The notes below the pieces were generated by a model that saw only the letters and a program-made list of their open reading frames with translations, searched no databases and was not told the DNA's origin. From Bacteroidota bacterium (GTDB lineage Bacteria; Bacteroidota; Bacteroidia; Bacteroidales; JAADJA01), in contig JAHLKX010000002.1 of NCBI GenBank assembly GCA_020444515.1, positions 672,817-736,816 of the forward strand: DNA of 64,000 nucleotides, written 5' to 3'. The position numbers and the translations under genes were made by a program. Below are positions 18,390 through 28,405 of the stretch, piece after piece (position 1 is the first letter of the stretch; each line of letters starts with the position of its first letter).

Positions 18390-21284
18390 TTAAGAGTGGG
18401 ATTGCTTTTTAACAAGGTTTACCAATTCAGCCGGAGTAAAGGGTTTTTGGAGGTATTCATCGATTCCTGCCTCCATCATTTTTTGTTCTTCCAGATCCTT
18501 CGAATGGGCTGTAACGGCAATGATGGTTGTTTTAGGTTTGTTGTTATTCTTTTCATAATCCCTGATCATGCGGGCTGCCTCAAGTCCATCCATGACCGGC
18601 ATTTGTATGTCCATCAAAACCAGGCCGTAATCATTTTTTTTGTAAAGTTCAAATCCAAGTTGCCCGTTTTCACCCACATCCATTTTATAACCCTCTTTTC
18701 TCAATATGCTGGTGGTTAATTGCTGATTGAGCAGGTTATCTTCCACCAACAATATTTTCTTATGATGAATTGCTCGAATAAGGGATTTCTTGACTTTTTT
18801 TGAGGTTGATGCCGATAATGAAAACTGAGCGGTAAACCAAAATGTACTTCCTTTTCCAACTTCGGATTCAATCCCTATTTCTCCTCCCATCAATTCTGCC
18901 AGTTTTTTGCATATGGCCAATCCCAGGCCTGAACCCCCTACATTGCGTTCAACTGCTGCATGGGTTTGTGAAAACGGTTTGAATAATTTTCTCTGGCTAT
19001 CTTCTGAAATACCGATACCGGTGTCTGTCACTTTAAATTTTAGCAAAGAGATTCCATCTTCAACGGCCACATCTTTTACATGTTCCACCCCGATGGATAT
19101 ACTTCCCTGATCGGTGAACTTGATGGCATTGGTTACAAAGTTGATTAAAATTTGTGAAATGCGCATTGCATCACCCATGACTTCTTCCGGAATGTCTGTG
19201 GCAATAGCAGTATTCAGATCAAGCGCTTTTTCTTTTGCTTTTAGGTTATTCAGGCTGACTACTTCATGAATTATCTTTTTTAGATTGATCGGCTTTTCCT
19301 CAAGATCGATCTGTCCTGATTCAATTTTAGATAGATCCAGTACCTCATTGATAATATCGAGCAGATTGTTCCCGGATAATTTAATGACATCCACAAATTC
19401 TTTTTGCTCTTCATCCAGTTTTGTATCTCCCAAAATTTCGGAAATACCGATGATACTGTGCATGTGATTGCGGATTTCATGGCTGATGCCTGCCACAAAC
19501 ATCGACTTGGAATGGGTTGCCCGTTGGGCCCTTTCTTTTTCACTGATCAGCTTTTCTTCATATTCTTTTAATTCCGTGATATCCTTCAGTGTAGCTAATA
19601 CACCGGGTTTTCCTTTATAGGTTGTGAGTTTGACATTCAAATTTACCAATCGGGGTGTGCCTGATTTATGGATGATGTGAAAGGTATAATTTTCTGGAAC
19701 TTCTTCACCCGCCATTCGGCGATCAAAATTTTCATTTATTTTCGGCAGGTCGTGCTCCGATATAACATCTTCAAACGAAAACTGCTTTATTTCCTCAGGA
19801 GTATCATAACCCAGCAATTTTGCCACATGGTCATTGGCATAAACGATTTTTTTATTTTGGACAATCACGAGTGCATCCTGGATGCTCTCAATCAGGGATT
19901 TATATACCCGCTGACTCTCTTTCAATTTATGCACAGCCCTTTCCAGTAATTTCTTTTGTTTGGTAACTTCCAGGTTTTTTTCCTGTTGAATTTGTTTTTC
20001 CCTGCGGTTGATCCGTGACCTGTAATAAAAAATGACCAGGAGTGATAATATCAGTAAGGATACAGCAATGCTAATGATCAGAAAGTAATTTTGAGTTTTG
20101 ATCTGCAGGGATTTCATCTCATTTTCCCTTTTCAGAATCTGGATGTCCTGGCTTTTATTCTGAATTTTATAGCGGGCCTCTACTTCAGTGATTTGTTTTA
20201 GATTCTTACTATTGAAAACGGAATCCTTAACATGAACATATTCTTTATAATATTCCAGTGCCCGGGTATAATTTCCCTGACTTTCATATAAGTATGAAAA
20301 ATCAAGATATAGATCCGTAAGGAGCTGATGGGCATTAATTTTTCGAGCAATTTGCATGGAACGTTCAAAGTGGTTCTTTGCTTCATTTGGGATTTCAATT
20401 TGGAGATAAACACTTCCAATGTTTCGCAGGGTATTGGCTTCCGACCAGGCATCATTGATAGTCTTTTCAATTTCCAGGGCACGGTTATAATGATCCAGGG
20501 CTTTAAAATAATCACCTGCATGATAGTAAACTTCTCCAATATTGTTCAGGTTGGCGGCTTCCATATCCCTGTTACCAAGCTCTTTACTCAACTCGAAAGC
20601 TTTCCCAAGGTAGTCCAAAGCACTTGCCTCAACATTAATTTTAGAGTAGGTTATCCCAATATTGGTATAGCAGTTTAAAATTCCGGTTTGATCTTCCAGT
20701 TTTTGATAAATGTTTAAACTGTTGGTCATGTATTCCAACGCTTTATCAAAATTGCCCATATAATAGAAGATGTTGCCCAGATTTAAATAAACCGCAGCTA
20801 CTCCTTCTTCATTTTGAACACTTTGATCAGATTTAAGGGCCTCGTAGTAATAATGAGCTGCCAGGTTGTAGTTGCCGAGATAATCATAGGTTAAACCAAT
20901 GTTGTTTGATAGGGTCCCAATTCCTTTTTGGTATGCAGCCTTTTGACTGATATCGAGGCCTGTTTCAAAAAAAGTAAGTGCTTCATAGGGCTTATCCAGG
21001 TTGTAATTGGATATCCCCAAAATGTTATAGCCTTTGACTAAAATTGTATCGTCTTCAATTTTATCAGCAATGTCGATTATTTCATAACCCAGGATAATGC
21101 TTGTATCAGGATTTTGATCCCACTTTTTTTTAGCCAGTTCTTCAAGTTTAATCGCTTTTTGCAATCCATTTAAAGTATGGATCTGGTGTATCAGATTATC
21201 TGATGCAGTATCATCCTGGGCCGATAATACAGGACTAATTATCAGAAAAAAGGAAATTACCGTTATATAAATCAGACGATTCAT
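18390..21284 (-). CDS. hybrid sensor histidine kinase/response regulator with periplasmic TPR sensor region
   Basis: Contains a signal peptide, multiple TPR-like repeats, one TM span, a coiled coil and a PAS domain. The H-box is SHEIRNHMHSIIG, the ATPase G-boxes are DTGIGI and GGSGLGLAICK, and the receiver carries LVLMDIQMPVMDG. Confidence 0.85.
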   Translation of the reverse strand: MNRLIYITVISFFLIISPVLSAQDDTASDNLIHQIHTLNGLQKAIKLEELAKKKWDQNPDTSIILGYEIIDIADKIEDDTILVKGYNILGISNYNLDKPYEALTFFETGLDISQKAAYQKGIGTLSNNIGLTYDYLGNYNLAAHYYYEALKSDQSVQNEEGVAAVYLNLGNIFYYMGNFDKALEYMTNSLNIYQKLEDQTGILNCYTNIGITYSKINVEASALDYLGKAFELSKELGNRDMEAANLNNIGEVYYHAGDYFKALDHYNRALEIEKTINDAWSEANTLRNIGSVYLQIEIPNEAKNHFERSMQIARKINAHQLLTDLYLDFSYLYESQGNYTRALEYYKEYVHVKDSVFNSKNLKQITEVEARYKIQNKSQDIQILKRENEMKSLQIKTQNYFLIISIAVSLLILSLLVIFYYRSRINRREKQIQQEKNLEVTKQKKLLERAVHKLKESQRVYKSLIESIQDALVIVQNKKIVYANDHVAKLLGYDTPEEIKQFSFEDVISEHDLPKINENFDRRMAGEEVPENYTFHIIHKSGTPRLVNLNVKLTTYKGKPGVLATLKDITELKEYEEKLISEKERAQRATHSKSMFVAGISHEIRNHMHSIIGISEILGDTKLDEEQKEFVDVIKLSGNNLLDIINEVLDLSKIESGQIDLEEKPINLKKIIHEVVSLNNLKAKEKALDLNTAIATDIPEEVMGDAMRISQILINFVTNAIKFTDQGSISIGVEHVKDVAVEDGISLLKFKVTDTGIGISEDSQRKLFKPFSQTHAAVERNVGGSGLGLAICKKLAELMGGEIGIESEVGKGSTFWFTAQFSLSASTSKKVKKSLIRAIHHKKILLVEDNLLNQQLTTSILRKEGYKMDVGENGQLGFELYKKNDYGLVLMDIQMPVMDGLEAARMIRDYEKNNNKPKTTIIAVTAHSKDLEEQKMMEAGIDEYLQKPFTPAELVNLVKKQSHS

Positions 21285-21402
21285 TTTTGAGTGTTAACCA
21301 AGAAGGAAACAATTAATCCTAATTCCATTTCACTTACCTTACAACGATCATTGGTGTAAGATCGAAATCAGATTATATTAACGTATAAAATGCTAATAGA
21401 GT

Positions 21403-22878
21403 TTAATAAGCCCTGGCAAAAATTACCCTTTTTTGACTGGGTTTTCCAGAGTATACGCATTTTCCGTTTTCTTTTTTCATATCAAGAGGAATGGTACGAA
21501 TCGTTGCTTTTGTCTCTTCTTTTATTTTTTCTTCGGTTTCTGCTGTACCATCCCAATGGGCAAGAACAAATCCGCCTTGATTGTTGATAAGGTCTTTAAA
21601 TTCCTCCCAGGTATTGGCAACATGGGTGTTGTTTTCTCTGAAATTCAATGCTCGTTGGTATAGTTTTTTCTGGATCTGGTCAAGGAGGTTTTTTACTTTG
21701 ATATCAATTTCCTCGATGTGTAGGATCTCCTTTTCGAGTGTATCCCTTCGGGCCACCTCAACGGTTTTGTTTTCCAGGTCACGAGGTCCTATAGCCAAAC
21801 GTATTGGAACCCCTTTGAATTCATATTCTGAAAATTTCCATCCGGGTTTAAAAGTGTCTCTGTCGTCATATTTCACACGAATTCCATGCTTTTCAAGATC
21901 TTTTTTGATTTTCAGAGCAACTTCTGATATTTCTTCCAGTTGTTCCAGTTTTCTATAAATCGGAACAATCACGACCTGAGTAGGAGCCAGTTTTGGAGGC
22001 AATACCAGGCCATTGTCATCGGAGTGTGACATGATCAGTGCCCCCATTAATCTTGTTGAAACACCCCAGGAAGTAGCCCAAACATGTTCCAGTTTATTTT
22101 CTTTGGATAAAAATTTAACATCAAAAGCTTTGGCAAAATTTTGGCCCAGAAAATGAGATGTTCCGGCTTGCAAAGCCTTACCATCCTGCATTAAGGCTTC
22201 AATGCAATAGGTTTCAACGGCGCCGGCAAAACGTTCATTGGGTGATTTGGTTCCCTGCAAAACCGGGACGGCCATCCATTCTTCAGCAAAACGGGTATAA
22301 ACGTCCAGGATTTTTTCGGTTTCCTCGATGGCTTCTTCCCTTGTTTCATGTGCAGTATGACCTTCCTGCCAAAGGAATTCGGCGGTGCGAAGAAACAGCC
22401 GGGTTCGCATTTCCCAGCGCACGACATTGGCCCATTGATTAACTAGAATAGGTAAATCGCGATAGGATTGGATCCAGTTGCGGTAAGTATCCCAAATAAT
22501 GGTTTCAGATGTGGGCCGCACAATTAATTCCTCTTCCAGTTTAGCATCTTCATCCACGATCACCCCTTTTCCATCCGGATCATTTTTTAACCGGTAATGG
22601 GTCACAACCGCGCATTCTTTTGCAAATCCCTCAACGTGTGCGGCCTCTTTGCTGAAAAATGATTTGGGTATAAAAAGCGGGAAATAGGCATTAACATGTC
22701 CAGTATCCTTGAACATTTGATCAAGGGCTCCCTGCATTCTTTCCCAGATGGCATAACCATAGGGCTTAATTACCATGCAACCTCGTACGGCTGAATTCTC
22801 TGCCAGATCTGCTTTTATGACCAGGTCGTTATACCATTGTGCATAGTTCTCTTCTCGAGTAGGAAAATCTTTTGCCAT
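21403..22878 (-). CDS. proS: proline--tRNA ligase (compact archaeal/eukaryote-like type)
   Basis: 491 aa with N-terminus [27 protein letters not shown], a class II core, and a C-terminus ending FARAY. It lacks the bacterial insertion editing domain. Confidence 0.9.
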   Translation of the reverse strand: MAKDFPTREENYAQWYNDLVIKADLAENSAVRGCMVIKPYGYAIWERMQGALDQMFKDTGHVNAYFPLFIPKSFFSKEAAHVEGFAKECAVVTHYRLKNDPDGKGVIVDEDAKLEEELIVRPTSETIIWDTYRNWIQSYRDLPILVNQWANVVRWEMRTRLFLRTAEFLWQEGHTAHETREEAIEETEKILDVYTRFAEEWMAVPVLQGTKSPNERFAGAVETYCIEALMQDGKALQAGTSHFLGQNFAKAFDVKFLSKENKLEHVWATSWGVSTRLMGALIMSHSDDNGLVLPPKLAPTQVVIVPIYRKLEQLEEISEVALKIKKDLEKHGIRVKYDDRDTFKPGWKFSEYEFKGVPIRLAIGPRDLENKTVEVARRDTLEKEILHIEEIDIKVKNLLDQIQKKLYQRALNFRENNTHVANTWEEFKDLINNQGGFVLAHWDGTAETEEKIKEETKATIRTIPLDMKKENGKCVYSGKPSQKRVIFARAY

Positions 22879-22926
22879 ATCTTAATTATGGTATAGTGTT
22901 TGTATCTTTTTAAGTGCAATAAGCGA

Positions 22927-22934
22927 CAAAAGTA
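22927..22934 (-). promoter_or_regulatory. -7 box TACTTTTG for proS
   Basis: Plus-strand caaaagta, 48 nt upstream of the proS ATG at 22878. Confidence 0.45.
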
Positions 22935-22965
22935 TAAAAAAACATAACTGAAGGAGGCTTTAAAA

Positions 22966-24417
22966 ATGAAATCTTATCTTGTTCCAACAGTCCTTTCGAT
23001 CCTCATCCTCGCAGGATGCTCATCAACCAAAAAAGCAGCAGATTACGACGATGTTTATGCTTCGACAAAGAAGGATAAAAATACCGGTGAACAAACTGCG
23101 GATCCCGATTATTACGTCCAGAATGAAAATGCAACGGCTGATTATTCTGTTGAGGATTACGAAGCCGGCGATTATGTTTCTTACGAGGAAGAGCCGGTTT
23201 ACTCAGAAACAGAAACCGTTGAAAATCCGGATGGCAGCACATATATAACGAATAATTATTATGGATCATCACCTTATGATTATTATGATTATTCCTATGC
23301 TGCCAGGATTAACAGGTTTTACAGTCCATATGCCGGGTTTGGTTATTACTCCCCATATTATACCGGCTTCTACTATGACCCCTGGTATAATCCTTATTGG
23401 TACAGTCCTTCCTTATATTTTGGGTTTAGTTGGGGATGGGGAAGTATAGGCTGGGGTTATCCATATTATTCGTATTATCCTTATTACCCATATAACAGTT
23501 ACTGGTACGGATATAACAATGGTTACTGGAATGGATATTGGAATGGATATTACAATGGCGGAGGTTATTATAATGATTACTATGGATACAATGGCTATTA
23601 CGGCCACCGTTCGTCCAGAAGCGGAGGGTCCAGTACACCCGTTGCTGCAAACAGTCGCAGTCGTTCTATTACGCCTGTCAACAGGGCAAGTACCTATCTG
23701 ACCATGCAACGGAATAATGACAATAATGGGATCTCGGCAAAATCCAAAGAAAATGGAAGAAGCAATGCCCTTGTCGTTGATCCATCCACCCGGAGTGAAC
23801 AGACGGCCCAAACCCGCAATGCAGCAGGCACAATGACAAAACCTCAAAATGACGTTAGTAAAAGAACACAGACAACATCTGCATCGAGGTACACTTATAA
23901 AAAACCTGCTGAATCAGGTAAGACCAGAACAGAATATCGTCCGGGAGAAACGATCAATACTCGGTCAAAGCAGACCAGCAGTCGTACACAGCCCTCGCAG
24001 CGCTATGCTAAACCTTCGGGTACAACTACAGAGCGTTCGTTGGGCAATACCCAACAGTCAAGATCCAGCAATACGCAGGTATATTCAAGGCCAAAATCGA
24101 ATTACAATAACAGCTATTCGAAACCCAGCACTTATACTAACAGAAAAAACGTGCAGCCTTCGAATAACAATAGCCAGCGTTATTCACAACCTGCTCGCAG
24201 TAATACCAACACAAGGTCGTATTCGCAACCATCACGTTCCAATACAAGGAGTTACTCTACACCGAGCAGGTCATCGAACAGCCGGAGTTATTCTACTCCC
24301 TCAAGGTCGAGTAGTAGCAGATCATCTTATTCTGCCCCCTCTCGTTCCAGTAGCAGTGGTAGTAGCAGTGGCGGTGGTTCACGCTCATCCAGCAGTTCAA
24401 GAGGCGGACGCCGGTAG
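22966..24417 (+). CDS. low-complexity lipoprotein: acidic region, Tyr/Trp/Gly/Asn block, then Ser/Arg-rich tandem repeats
   Basis: Signal peptide with lipobox LILAGC. Composition is extreme and there is an RSYSxPSRS tandem repeat tail. Alternative-frame and antisense ORFs across it are low-complexity artefacts. Confidence 0.7.
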   Translation: MKSYLVPTVLSILILAGCSSTKKAADYDDVYASTKKDKNTGEQTADPDYYVQNENATADYSVEDYEAGDYVSYEEEPVYSETETVENPDGSTYITNNYYGSSPYDYYDYSYAARINRFYSPYAGFGYYSPYYTGFYYDPWYNPYWYSPSLYFGFSWGWGSIGWGYPYYSYYPYYPYNSYWYGYNNGYWNGYWNGYYNGGGYYNDYYGYNGYYGHRSSRSGGSSTPVAANSRSRSITPVNRASTYLTMQRNNDNNGISAKSKENGRSNALVVDPSTRSEQTAQTRNAAGTMTKPQNDVSKRTQTTSASRYTYKKPAESGKTRTEYRPGETINTRSKQTSSRTQPSQRYAKPSGTTTERSLGNTQQSRSSNTQVYSRPKSNYNNSYSKPSTYTNRKNVQPSNNNSQRYSQPARSNTNTRSYSQPSRSNTRSYSTPSRSSNSRSYSTPSRSSSSRSSYSAPSRSSSSGSSSGGGSRSSSSSRGGRR

Positions 24418-24422
24418 ATTTT

Positions 24423-24460
24423 AAAGGATGCAAGGAAATATTTCCCTGCATCCTTTTTAT
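24423..24460 (+). terminator. rho-independent terminator after the low-complexity lipoprotein gene
   Basis: aaaggatgcaaggaaa / tttccctgcatccttt inverted repeat with one mismatch, running into a T-run. Confidence 0.75.
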
Positions 24461-24501
24461 TTTATTCATATTCGTCAAACTCCACAATTTAAAATTAAAA
24501 A

Positions 24502-25977
24502 ATGATGAAACGGATCTTTTTGCTTTTCATTTCACAGCTTTTAATGCTCACCATTGTTTTTTCACAAAACGAAGATGACGCGTTGCGCTATTCCATGACA
24601 AGTTTTGGTGGTACGGCCAGAAGCATGGGAATGGGAGGTGCTTTTGGAAGTCTTGGCGCTGATTTTAGCACGTTGAGTACCAACCCCGGAGGCATAGGAT
24701 TGTATACCAAGTCGGAACTAACCGTTACTCCTTCGTTTTATGGTGCTTCCACAAAGTCGACCTACAATGGAATGAAAGCTAAGGATAACAGGTTTAATTT
24801 TAATGTGAGCAATGCAGGGATGGTATTTGCATCGCCTACCCGTTCTTCTACCTCCATATTCAAAAACATCCAATTTGCATTCGGTATTAATCGAATCAAT
24901 AATTTTAACAACCGTCAAATCATGGAAGGAACCAGCAATAAGAATTCAGTGACGGATACTTATGTTGATTATGCCAATGGGATATATTTTGGCGATATTG
25001 AAGATGATGTTAATGGTAATTATGCATTTGATCTGGCTCCGGCCTGGTATACCTATATGATCGACACATTACCGGGCTATGATAATCAATATTTCGGGGC
25101 AGTGCCTGCAGGAAGCAATATTTATCAGCGTATGGAATTAAATTCAAGGGGTTCGATGAATGAAATGGTTTTATCCTTTGGGACAAACGTTGCTGATCGT
25201 CTTTATGTTGGAGCTACTTTCGGATTTCCTTTTATCAGGTATTTTGAAGAAGCCTGGTATACTGAAGTTGATGTGAATGACCAGATTTATGATTTCAATA
25301 AATTATCACAATACAACGAGTTGAATACAACCGGGTCCGGATTCAATTTTAAATTTGGAATGATCGCAAGAGCAGCCGATTGGCTCAGGATTGGTGGTGC
25401 AATTCATACCCCGACCTGGTACAATAACATGTCGGATAGCTGGTATTCAGAATATGCAACTGAATTTGATAATGGTGATAATTTCTCCGAAAGATCACCC
25501 ATTGGATATTATGATTATCAACTGGAAACACCCTGGAAAGCGATCGGTAGTCTGTCGTTTATTATTGCACAGCGTGCTATCATCAGTGCTGAATATGAAT
25601 ATATGGATTATACATCAGCGAAATTGAGATCACCCCAATATAATTTCTTTGATGAAAACAGCAACATTCAATCTAAATATGTGGCATCTCATAATTTCAG
25701 GGCCGGAGGGGAATACAGAGTGGATGCATTCTATTTCAGGGCCGGAGGTGCTTATTATATGAGCCCTTATGCCAATGATATAAATGATGCTGCAAGATTT
25801 TATTATACGGGGGGTATTGGTATTCGCGACCGCAACTTCTTTATCGATCTTGCTTATGTAAGGTCAGTCAGTGAATCAGATTATTATATGTATTCCTCAC
25901 CCGAAGTGACACCCGATCCGGTAAGTAACCGTGTTATCAGCAATAATGTATTATTGACACTGGGATTTCGGTATTAA
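24502..25977 (+). CDS. FadL/PorV/PorQ-like outer-membrane beta-barrel protein
   Basis: Has a signal peptide. The N-terminal plug-like motif GGTARSMGMGGAFGSLGADFSTLSTNPGGIG matches the (A)R..G(M/L)GG......D.s....NPa pattern of this superfamily. Strands are aromatic-rich and the protein ends TLGFRY. Confidence 0.6.
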   Translation: MMKRIFLLFISQLLMLTIVFSQNEDDALRYSMTSFGGTARSMGMGGAFGSLGADFSTLSTNPGGIGLYTKSELTVTPSFYGASTKSTYNGMKAKDNRFNFNVSNAGMVFASPTRSSTSIFKNIQFAFGINRINNFNNRQIMEGTSNKNSVTDTYVDYANGIYFGDIEDDVNGNYAFDLAPAWYTYMIDTLPGYDNQYFGAVPAGSNIYQRMELNSRGSMNEMVLSFGTNVADRLYVGATFGFPFIRYFEEAWYTEVDVNDQIYDFNKLSQYNELNTTGSGFNFKFGMIARAADWLRIGGAIHTPTWYNNMSDSWYSEYATEFDNGDNFSERSPIGYYDYQLETPWKAIGSLSFIIAQRAIISAEYEYMDYTSAKLRSPQYNFFDENSNIQSKYVASHNFRAGGEYRVDAFYFRAGGAYYMSPYANDINDAARFYYTGGIGIRDRNFFIDLAYVRSVSESDYYMYSSPEVTPDPVSNRVISNNVLLTLGFRY

Positions 25978-25989
25978 TAAGGGCGGTTT

Positions 25990-27498
25990 TTAATCCCTGT
26001 TCTCAACCCGATTGAGACCCGCTTTTGCTTTTTGATTGATGCTGTTCCGATACTCTTTATTTTCCATTGACTGGGCAGCTTCGTAATAATGAATAGCAAG
26101 ATCATATTTTTTTTGCTCTTCATAAATTTTCCCCAGTTGAAGTGCAGAGTTTGCTGCATAGTATGTTTCTGAATCAGCACCATCCTCGATGGTTCGTTTA
26201 TAATATAAAATGCCATCTTCAATTTTCCCCCATTCATGATAAATCCTACCCAATCGATAGGTATATTCCAGTTTATCCTGTTCATTCCTCAGGAAGTCCT
26301 CGCTTTTTCCTGTGGTCAGGTCAAGCACTGCTTTTTCATAATATCCGCCATCGAAAAGCAACCGGGCTCTTAATAAATGATAATTAGGCAGGACTTTTTT
26401 TTCAGCTTCCCTTTCAGCCTGCTTATCTGCATCAACAATGGCACTACCATATTTTTCTACCTTACTGATATAATTCCTGTATTTTTCGGTATCACCGTGC
26501 ACAAAATAATGCCAGGCGATTTTCTGGTAGGCATCCTTGATGTAATTAACTCCCTTAAAATTGATCACATATTTAAAAAAGTACTTGTTTGCATCTTCGT
26601 CAAGACGATGCAGTTTAGCAAGACCCGTTAAGTAATCAAGATAGTAAAATGGATAATATTCTTCTCCCAGTGGACGATTTATCAGGATGTCAATGGCCCG
26701 GTCGTTCATGCCAATTGACATATAAATTCTGGCAATGGCATAAATGGCCATGGGGTTTTTGAGGCTTTGCTGATCTTCTTCAATGATCTTAATGTAATCC
26801 AGGGTTTTGGTTTTGTTTGTCATCAGGTTCATCTGAATAAAACTCAGATAAAACAGGCATTCAGCTTTATAATGGCTGTATTCCGGATTGTGAAGGGATT
26901 CATTCAATACGGTTAATATCTCAGATACACCTTCATCAATAGTCCCCTCAATACCCACCATCCTTTTGACCCAATTGTAATTATCTGGAATGGTTCCGAT
27001 CATGGTATGCAACAGTCCCAGGTTGATCAGGTTTGGCAGAAAATCGGGGAATTCCTCCTTGTTATTTTCGAGCATCCGGTAAGCCCTGTTAATTTCAAGG
27101 GTAGCTGATACATACTCTTTGAATTTGGTTCGGGCTACTGCCCATTGGAGATTAACCTGGGCAATACAATACCGATAATAGGGTGATTGCTCATCCCCAT
27201 CCTCAAGCCGGTCGATTATATCATCTTTTTTATCTTCCAGTTGTTCAAATACATCTTCCTCTTCGCCTATAAATACAGTGAGGAAATAGATATAATTGTC
27301 CAGCAGATAGGGAATATTGTTGTTTGGATTGACTTGTTTTTCCTGCTCTATCAGATTTTTGCCTTCTTCAAATTTTAAACTTATAATTGCTGAGTAGGCT
27401 TCGCGACAACGCTGATTAAAATCATACTGATATTGTCCGTAACCCACTGTTGTTGAAAGCGTGATCCATAAAATCGCTATAGATAATATCCGGGACAT
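25990..27498 (-). CDS. secreted TPR-repeat protein
   Basis: Helical repeat protein with TPR-like A/Y/L spacing throughout. The ATG at 27498 gives a signal peptide (MSRILSIAILWITLSTTVGYGQ), whereas the ORF track extends to a TTG at 27552. Confidence 0.6.
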   Translation of the reverse strand: MSRILSIAILWITLSTTVGYGQYQYDFNQRCREAYSAIISLKFEEGKNLIEQEKQVNPNNNIPYLLDNYIYFLTVFIGEEEDVFEQLEDKKDDIIDRLEDGDEQSPYYRYCIAQVNLQWAVARTKFKEYVSATLEINRAYRMLENNKEEFPDFLPNLINLGLLHTMIGTIPDNYNWVKRMVGIEGTIDEGVSEILTVLNESLHNPEYSHYKAECLFYLSFIQMNLMTNKTKTLDYIKIIEEDQQSLKNPMAIYAIARIYMSIGMNDRAIDILINRPLGEEYYPFYYLDYLTGLAKLHRLDEDANKYFFKYVINFKGVNYIKDAYQKIAWHYFVHGDTEKYRNYISKVEKYGSAIVDADKQAEREAEKKVLPNYHLLRARLLFDGGYYEKAVLDLTTGKSEDFLRNEQDKLEYTYRLGRIYHEWGKIEDGILYYKRTIEDGADSETYYAANSALQLGKIYEEQKKYDLAIHYYEAAQSMENKEYRNSINQKAKAGLNRVENRD

Positions 27499-27581
27499 TG
27501 TGCTCAAATTAGATCCATATAAAGATAAAAAAAAGAGGGGTATGAATTTCAAACCCCTCTTTATTACGTTAGTAATTCCAA

Positions 27582-28394
27582 TTAGTTGTCAATATTCACT
27601 GAATTGGCAATATCTTCGTCAATTAGGATTCTTCCACAATACTCACAAACAATAATTTTCTTGTGCATGCGTATGTCAAGTTGATGCTGTGGCGGAATTT
27701 TATTAAAGCACCCACCACAGGCATCGCGCTCAATTTGAACAACAGCCAGTCCATTGCGGGCATTTTTCCGAATGCGCTGATAGGCAGTTAGCAATCGATC
27801 TTCAATATATTGTTGGTTATCCTGGGAGGTTTTAATCAATTCCTGCTCTTCCTTTTCCGTCTCAGCAACAATATCAGTTAGTTCTCCTTTTTTAACATCA
27901 AGGTCCTTGCTTCGTTCTTCCAGTTCTGCTTTTGATTTTTCGATCTCCTCTTTAATGACTTCCAGTTTTTGCTGGAATTCGTTGATTCGTTTTTCACTTA
28001 GTTGGATTTCAAGTGACTGAAATTCAATCTCTTTAGAAAGTGAATCATACTCCCGGTTATTCCTTACATTCATTTGCTGTTTTTCATACTTTTCAATCAT
28101 GGTTTTACTTTCCTTGATTGCGTTTTCCTTATCAGCAATTTGCTTCTGCATTGATTCCGTTTCTTCCTTAAAATTATTGATCCGTGTATCCAGTCCTGCA
28201 ATTTCATCTTCCAGGTCCTGAACCTCCAATGGAAGTTCACCCCTTACGATGCGGATTTTGTCTACCTTGGTATCCAATTGCTGGAGTTTATAAAGTGCGA
28301 TCAGCTTCTTTTCAATGGTTATCTCCTTGGTTTGCTTTTCATCAACAACTTTTTTGCTTTTAGCATCCTCGGTTTCCTTTACTTTTTTCGCCAT
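27582..28394 (-). CDS. coiled-coil protein with C-terminal C4 zinc ribbon (COG1579-like)
   Basis: Long heptad-rich region followed by CGGCFNKIP...CEYCGRIL. It lies immediately downstream of nif3, a commonly conserved pairing. Confidence 0.75.
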   Translation of the reverse strand: MAKKVKETEDAKSKKVVDEKQTKEITIEKKLIALYKLQQLDTKVDKIRIVRGELPLEVQDLEDEIAGLDTRINNFKEETESMQKQIADKENAIKESKTMIEKYEKQQMNVRNNREYDSLSKEIEFQSLEIQLSEKRINEFQQKLEVIKEEIEKSKAELEERSKDLDVKKGELTDIVAETEKEEQELIKTSQDNQQYIEDRLLTAYQRIRKNARNGLAVVQIERDACGGCFNKIPPQHQLDIRMHKKIIVCEYCGRILIDEDIANSVNIDN

Positions 28395-28405
28395 ATCTCA
28401 TTAAT

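Noticed and set aside
18330-18719. 129-aa plus-strand ORF at the mazG/histidine-kinase boundary.
   Set aside because: It is antisense to the receiver domain of the hybrid kinase, which has clear motifs. It has no motif of its own.
24178-24414. Tandem periodicity that might have been a CRISPR array or a DNA-level satellite.
   Set aside because: The repeats are 33-36 nt coding units conserved at the amino-acid level only (RSYSxPSRS). They have no spacer/repeat alternation and lie inside an intact ORF.
23003-24487. Several long alternative-frame and antisense ORFs (23003-23272, 23413-23847, 23426-23650, 23849-24424, 24293-24487) overlap the low-complexity lipoprotein gene.
   Set aside because: They arise from the biased codon composition of the Tyr/Gly/Asn and Ser/Arg regions. 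Only the 22966 frame has a signal peptide with a lipobox, an upstream ribosome-binding-like site and a terminator directly after its stop.
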